A stretch of DNA of 64,000 nucleotides from Balanoglossus misakiensis (Eukaryota > Animalia > Hemichordata), in assembly GCA_040954595.2 (NCBI GenBank), contig CM082589.2:124001-188000 (forward strand), given 5' to 3'. The stretch's first letter is position 1, and each line of letters opens with the position of its first letter. Shown here one piece after another: positions 59,268 through 64,000 of the stretch. A program made the position numbers and the translations under genes. A model generated the notes under the pieces. It saw only the letters and a list, made by a program, of their open reading frames with translations, made no database searches and was not told the origin of the DNA.

Positions 59268-62200
59268 ATGAGTATGCCTGTCCACGACGGAAACTACCGA
59301 ACAATGTCGACGCAAATACGCTGCAATTCCGAATGGGATTGGGATATAAATGATCAATGTGTCCCCACTGTAAGTATACACAGTCTAATTTGATTTCTAG
59401 TTCTAATCTCATTTTTGGTTTGTTTGTGTATGTTGTTAATACTCAAAGCGGTACTATAATCTCGTTGTATCCTGTTCGATTCGTGTTTGGATAATTGCAT
59501 CATTGCCTGCTTGTATTTTACACTAATTTAATTACAGTAAATCCCAAACAAGGAAAATATCGGTAGAAATGTTCGATTGGGTTTTTGTCATGTGCCTACA
59601 CAAGAGAAAGTTAGATTCTTCCAAATTATTTTCAAGCCATGCCAAGTAAGCGAGAGTCAGGATTGTTTAAATCGATACGTTTTTATGAGTTGAGAGATGC
59701 TGTACACCATGCACCAATCAGTCAAGAAACAACAAAAAACCTCCACAGTGCTAGCTACTAAATATCTATAATAGTACGCCTAGCTAACTCTATGACAAAG
59801 TTGGAATTTTGCATTCGAGATCAGCAGAAATTGTAAACAAAGTCTTAGAAGAGCGGATGGTACAAGTTTTAGGAAAGCGATTAGTGAATTATCGTTAAAC
59901 TGGGGTTCGTGACATTTCGTCAATGGAAGTCAATCAACCGGTAATTCCGGTAGTCGTGTTGTTCCTGATCCGGAACTCCCGAGTCGATTGCGCGCCAACC
60001 CCCGGCACAATTTTGAGCCCTTTCTGTTTTCAGAGAGGGGCGTTTAAAACTTGAAGCTCGGGTTTTTTTGTTGTTTTTATCAAGCAACTGACGTCTCGGC
60101 GGTCAATTAAGTCACTGTGGATTAACTAGTTTTACATACTAATCCTGACTTTCTTTGAAGTCAAGAAGCCTGTTATTGTTATTCTTTACGAGCATCCAAT
60201 TCTCTCCTTTTCTCGCTCGCTCACCGTTTTTATTCGCTGCATATCATTTGTGCCGGTTTCTTGCCTATAAACAATAGAGAGTCTTCTAAAGCCCATTTCT
60301 TGTTAGGTATAGAAACAATATTGAGTCTGTTCACGCTCTATTATTTACATTGTATGGTTTGCCCAAAACAATATCTTTCACGTAAAGTCGTAAGTCGTTC
60401 GTTTCTATACAGCTGCATCTTTTCACCCCCAAACAGACGGTCGCGTGTGTGTGCAGCCGTCTTTGGAACTCGTGTTTGCACATTTAAATACTCAATAGAT
60501 TCTCTAAACCACTACAACTCTATTTTAAATTCAATTTATGTGTATTTAGACACTTGGTCGGAAGCATTGCGCATGCCGGCTAGATCTGTGTCAGTATTGT
60601 TAAAAAATCGACTGGAAGTCCGTAAACGGTGTTAATTCTCTGTCCATTAATACCATGATGTGAATGTCTGAGCTTTTAGCTCCATAGTTTGCATTTCACT
60701 AAACCGTCTCGTTTTTTCTTCTTTACATTACAGCCTACAGTTTACGATAATTTCGAAGACTGGACGGATGGTCACATGAGGTTTATTTATCGCCACGACG
60801 ATCAAGATGCAAAGAAACACAGCAGCGGTTGGGCCATGCGCAACACCAATAACCACAAGTGTTCAATTCTAAAGAAGTCCTGCCTTGGCGTCGTCGTATG
60901 TGACAGAGACTGCACTTTATCAAACGGTGAAAAAGTAAACCTGCGCCCAGCGATTTGCGACAAAGCCAGGAAGAAACAGCAAGGTAACTTGAGTTTCGAA
61001 TTCTTGTTGATTTTGTCCATTGAAATTAATGACCACAAAGTTAGTCTTTTGTTGTTGTAAGATTACAATGGAAGTGTCGAACGGGTTTTGAATGGGACAT
61101 CCATGCACAATGCTACCATCTGCCTGACAGTCATCAGCGGGAAACAACTCTAATGTATTCTATTGTAAATTGTTAGCTTGCTACCCAGTCTTATAACTAG
61201 TTTTTGGTTATTCCACAGGAAAACCCTGTCCGAATCCAGCTTGCAACGGCAAACTAGAAATTCATCCTTGTCGCGGACACGGAGGATACCCAGTCACACA
61301 CTTCTGGCGTCATGAAAACACAGCAATATATTTTCAGTCCAAGGGTGTGCATGATCACCGTCGACCTGAAGCCAAGTTTACCGCCGAAGCTCGCCGTAGT
61401 CTCAGCACTAAGCGTTATCGCAAATTGTTCACCTATTTTGCCAAAGAAGGATTGGTGAGTGATCTGATAATTGAATTAGAATTATTTATCCCATTATCAC
61501 ATAAGCGCTACAAACTGGGCTTCAAATTCCCAGGGGCCTATGCTAAGTGCAGAGGTTTATCAAACAGCGCCACCTAACGTCGACGTCAGTTTAACACCTG
61601 TCTATCCGTCCCACCGGCCTCAACCATGAACTACAATCTCATGTTTGTTATTCCCTATCTTTCAACAGACAAGCCAATTCATCAATGGTGTTGATCTGTA
61701 CATGACGAAAGCTTCAAGCGTCAAAAGAATGGCTGATGATATTTTAGGCGGAAATGTGAAAGCAGAACCGAAATCGAAGAGACAGTGTTTGGGATCTGAT
61801 ATTACTGGTAAGTTTCTTTCCTTATTCCATCCTGATCTGTTGTGGATTATGAATCAGTGCAAGGTTTGGATTGCAATATTTACCCAGAAAAACAGAACAG
61901 ATATCCAGGGTCAGTGGCAAATTGATACCAAGACGTAACCACTCCTAGTCGCTTAGCAGTTTCATGTTCTAAATCCTGTCACACTTGTATTCGCAGATGG
62001 TATGTACAACTCGAATGGAGTCAGGGCTTCACCAGTCACCATTATGACCACAGTTGACGACCCCGCCCCGCTTGACAGCAAGGCTAAAGTGTCTCCAATC
62101 CAGATGGTTGAGAACACCTATGAACAGATGCCAAGGAGATTTCACGACGAAAACATGTATCAACAGAATTCCCCGCTTGATCTCCCGAACCTGAACGACA

Positions 62201-63015
62201 CTTTATCGGGCAACTTCGGCCAATCGGGGAACACTTACACGTGTGTAAATTTCGCCGATGACACAGACTGCTCATCCAATGGCTACAGCTACCCAGAAAC
62301 CTCCTCGCCACAATCTGTCCATAGCAACGAAGCTGTGTTAGAAAGTATGTTATCCCCTGTCAGCGATCACTATGGTAACGGACTTAACTCCAGCGATTGC
62401 AACTTGCAAAGCTTGCCAAGCAGAGAGAACATGGAAGTCAGTAACCCAGGTAACACAATCACACACCAATTTTCACCAAGCACACAAGAACAATACGATC
62501 GTAGAAGTTGCTCGCCATGCGACTATTTACAACTGGACTCCTACAAACTGCCCCCGATAAACTCGTTTCTAGGCCAACAGACCGAAGGAGCACCGAACCA
62601 ACCATCACCCGTGAGTAGCCCACACGCCATCACAGACAACGTTACCAGTGGTGACAGTTTCTGCAGCAGTCGCCCAAGAGACCCTTGTGACGATCTTGCC
62701 GACATAGATGGAAAATTGTTTGATGAATCACTGACCGAAACCTGCAGCTCACTTCTCTCTCAACTCAGAGGTGTTTTAGACTTTCCAGAAGCACTCTCCG
62801 AAACGCATTACTCACAGCCCAGAAGTCAACAGGATGCCAGTTTTTATGACAACAGTTATAGCGGCTTTAATATCAGAATTAGTGACTTTGCTGGTTATAG
62901 TGACACTCAATATAAAAACCCCACTCGCTTTTCAGAATATACCTGGAGACAACCCATCACGACCTCCTGCGATTTCCTTCCACAAACATTCAGCATTTCC
63001 ACATTTCTGAATTAG
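59268..63015 (+). CDS. gcm: Glial cells missing (GCM-domain transcription factor)
   Basis: Exons 59268-59369, 60734-60983, ~61219-61453, ~61669-61807, ~61998-63015. EWDWDIND..|[51 protein letters not shown]|[35 protein letters not shown] is a complete GCM domain; it is followed by a basic NLS-like PKSKR and an acidic Ser/Pro-rich tail. AATAAA at ~63603. Confidence 0.96.
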
Positions 63016-64000
63016 GCATAGCGCCATCAGGGTTCGATTCTAGACAACCTAATCCCAAGATTCGGTGAACAACAGAAGTACCTTCACTATTTTATGAAGA
63101 AAATTGATACTCCAAATTTTGACATGACGAGTTTCAAATATTCTTGAATTTAACACAGTTTAGTTCTTTAATACAACGACCATCGTTTCTTTCTTGATTT
63201 TAAAAGAAAAGTATGAATGATACTCATGACCTATGATGCTTGAAACTTTGATTACGAACATCGAACTTCTCAACTGACTTAAAGTTTAGATCGACTTTTT
63301 TCTAACAGGTATTAATTGTGCAATCAAAACTTATTTAAGATTCCCATTGCTTAGTTTATGTCAGGTTGGCTGAATAATTACGACATAGCCTATTTGTGTA
63401 CATAGCTGTTTTCATCATATTTTCACATGGTTTAAAACACGAGTGCTGAGATGAGGGAATTATTGTTTATATTTTCAAATGAACATACATTGTATTTCTT
63501 TTTATAGTTTTATATATTGTTAAACTTTATGTAGATATTTCATACTGTTTGTAGTGATGTCATTGGCCTTATTGGCCGGTGCACACACAGAATGAGAGAC
63601 GAAATAAAACTTTTTCGATTCAATGAATATTTTGTATCATGGTCTGTTATATGTCACAATTTTTTCTGTAGCCTGTCTTTAAGCAATCCACTGCTTGAAC
63701 CTAACTCTGTTTAGATCCAAAACAACCAACTCGTGGCCCAGGATCGACTGAAATACATTCACTCGCGCTATTATTATCCCCTAGTATTTATCTCTGGGTT
63801 TATTCTAGAATTTGCCCTAGTCATTGTGGCCTTAACTATCTCCTACCTGCAGCATACCTATGCCCATAACCGTTCGGACAAGGGGGAGGGGCGAAGACGG
63901 TAGCCGGGTAGGTAGGCTTGACCGTATCCCTGGACCGTATGACACTAGTCGAGGCAGAGGAAACTCGGTATAAAAATAAAATAAAATAGAAAAGTACTCA

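Noticed and set aside
1-64000. CRISPR arrays, operons or prokaryotic defence systems
   Set aside because: All host genes have spliceosomal introns, and no regularly spaced repeat-spacer array was seen.

Overview
Intron-rich, AT-rich animal genomic DNA, most likely from a non-arthropod invertebrate bilaterian; the species cannot be fixed from the sequence. The first 34 kb is gene-dense. In order it holds: a signal-less EndoU ribonuclease (5' part, -) head-to-head with SELENOI/EPT1 (+, no selenocysteine); DEPTOR (-) head-to-head with DSCC1 (+), the same pairing as in human; two divergently transcribed signal-peptide + 2x somatomedin-B EndoU paralogues sharing a GATA-dense spacer; and three tandem 15-hydroxyprostaglandin-dehydrogenase-like SDR genes, all lacking the Gln148 equivalent. 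A ~24 kb CpG-rich gene-free stretch follows, containing one young 5'-truncated L2/CR1-group LINE, and leads to glial cells missing (gcm, +). Small non-autonomous DNA elements include a perfect 75-bp foldback with a 9-bp TSD, a TTAA MITE family, a double-hairpin element and a GCGAGATCTCGC repeat family. Gene models were assembled by hand from splice sites and remembered homology; internal exon edges marked ~ may be off by a few bases, and no database search was run.
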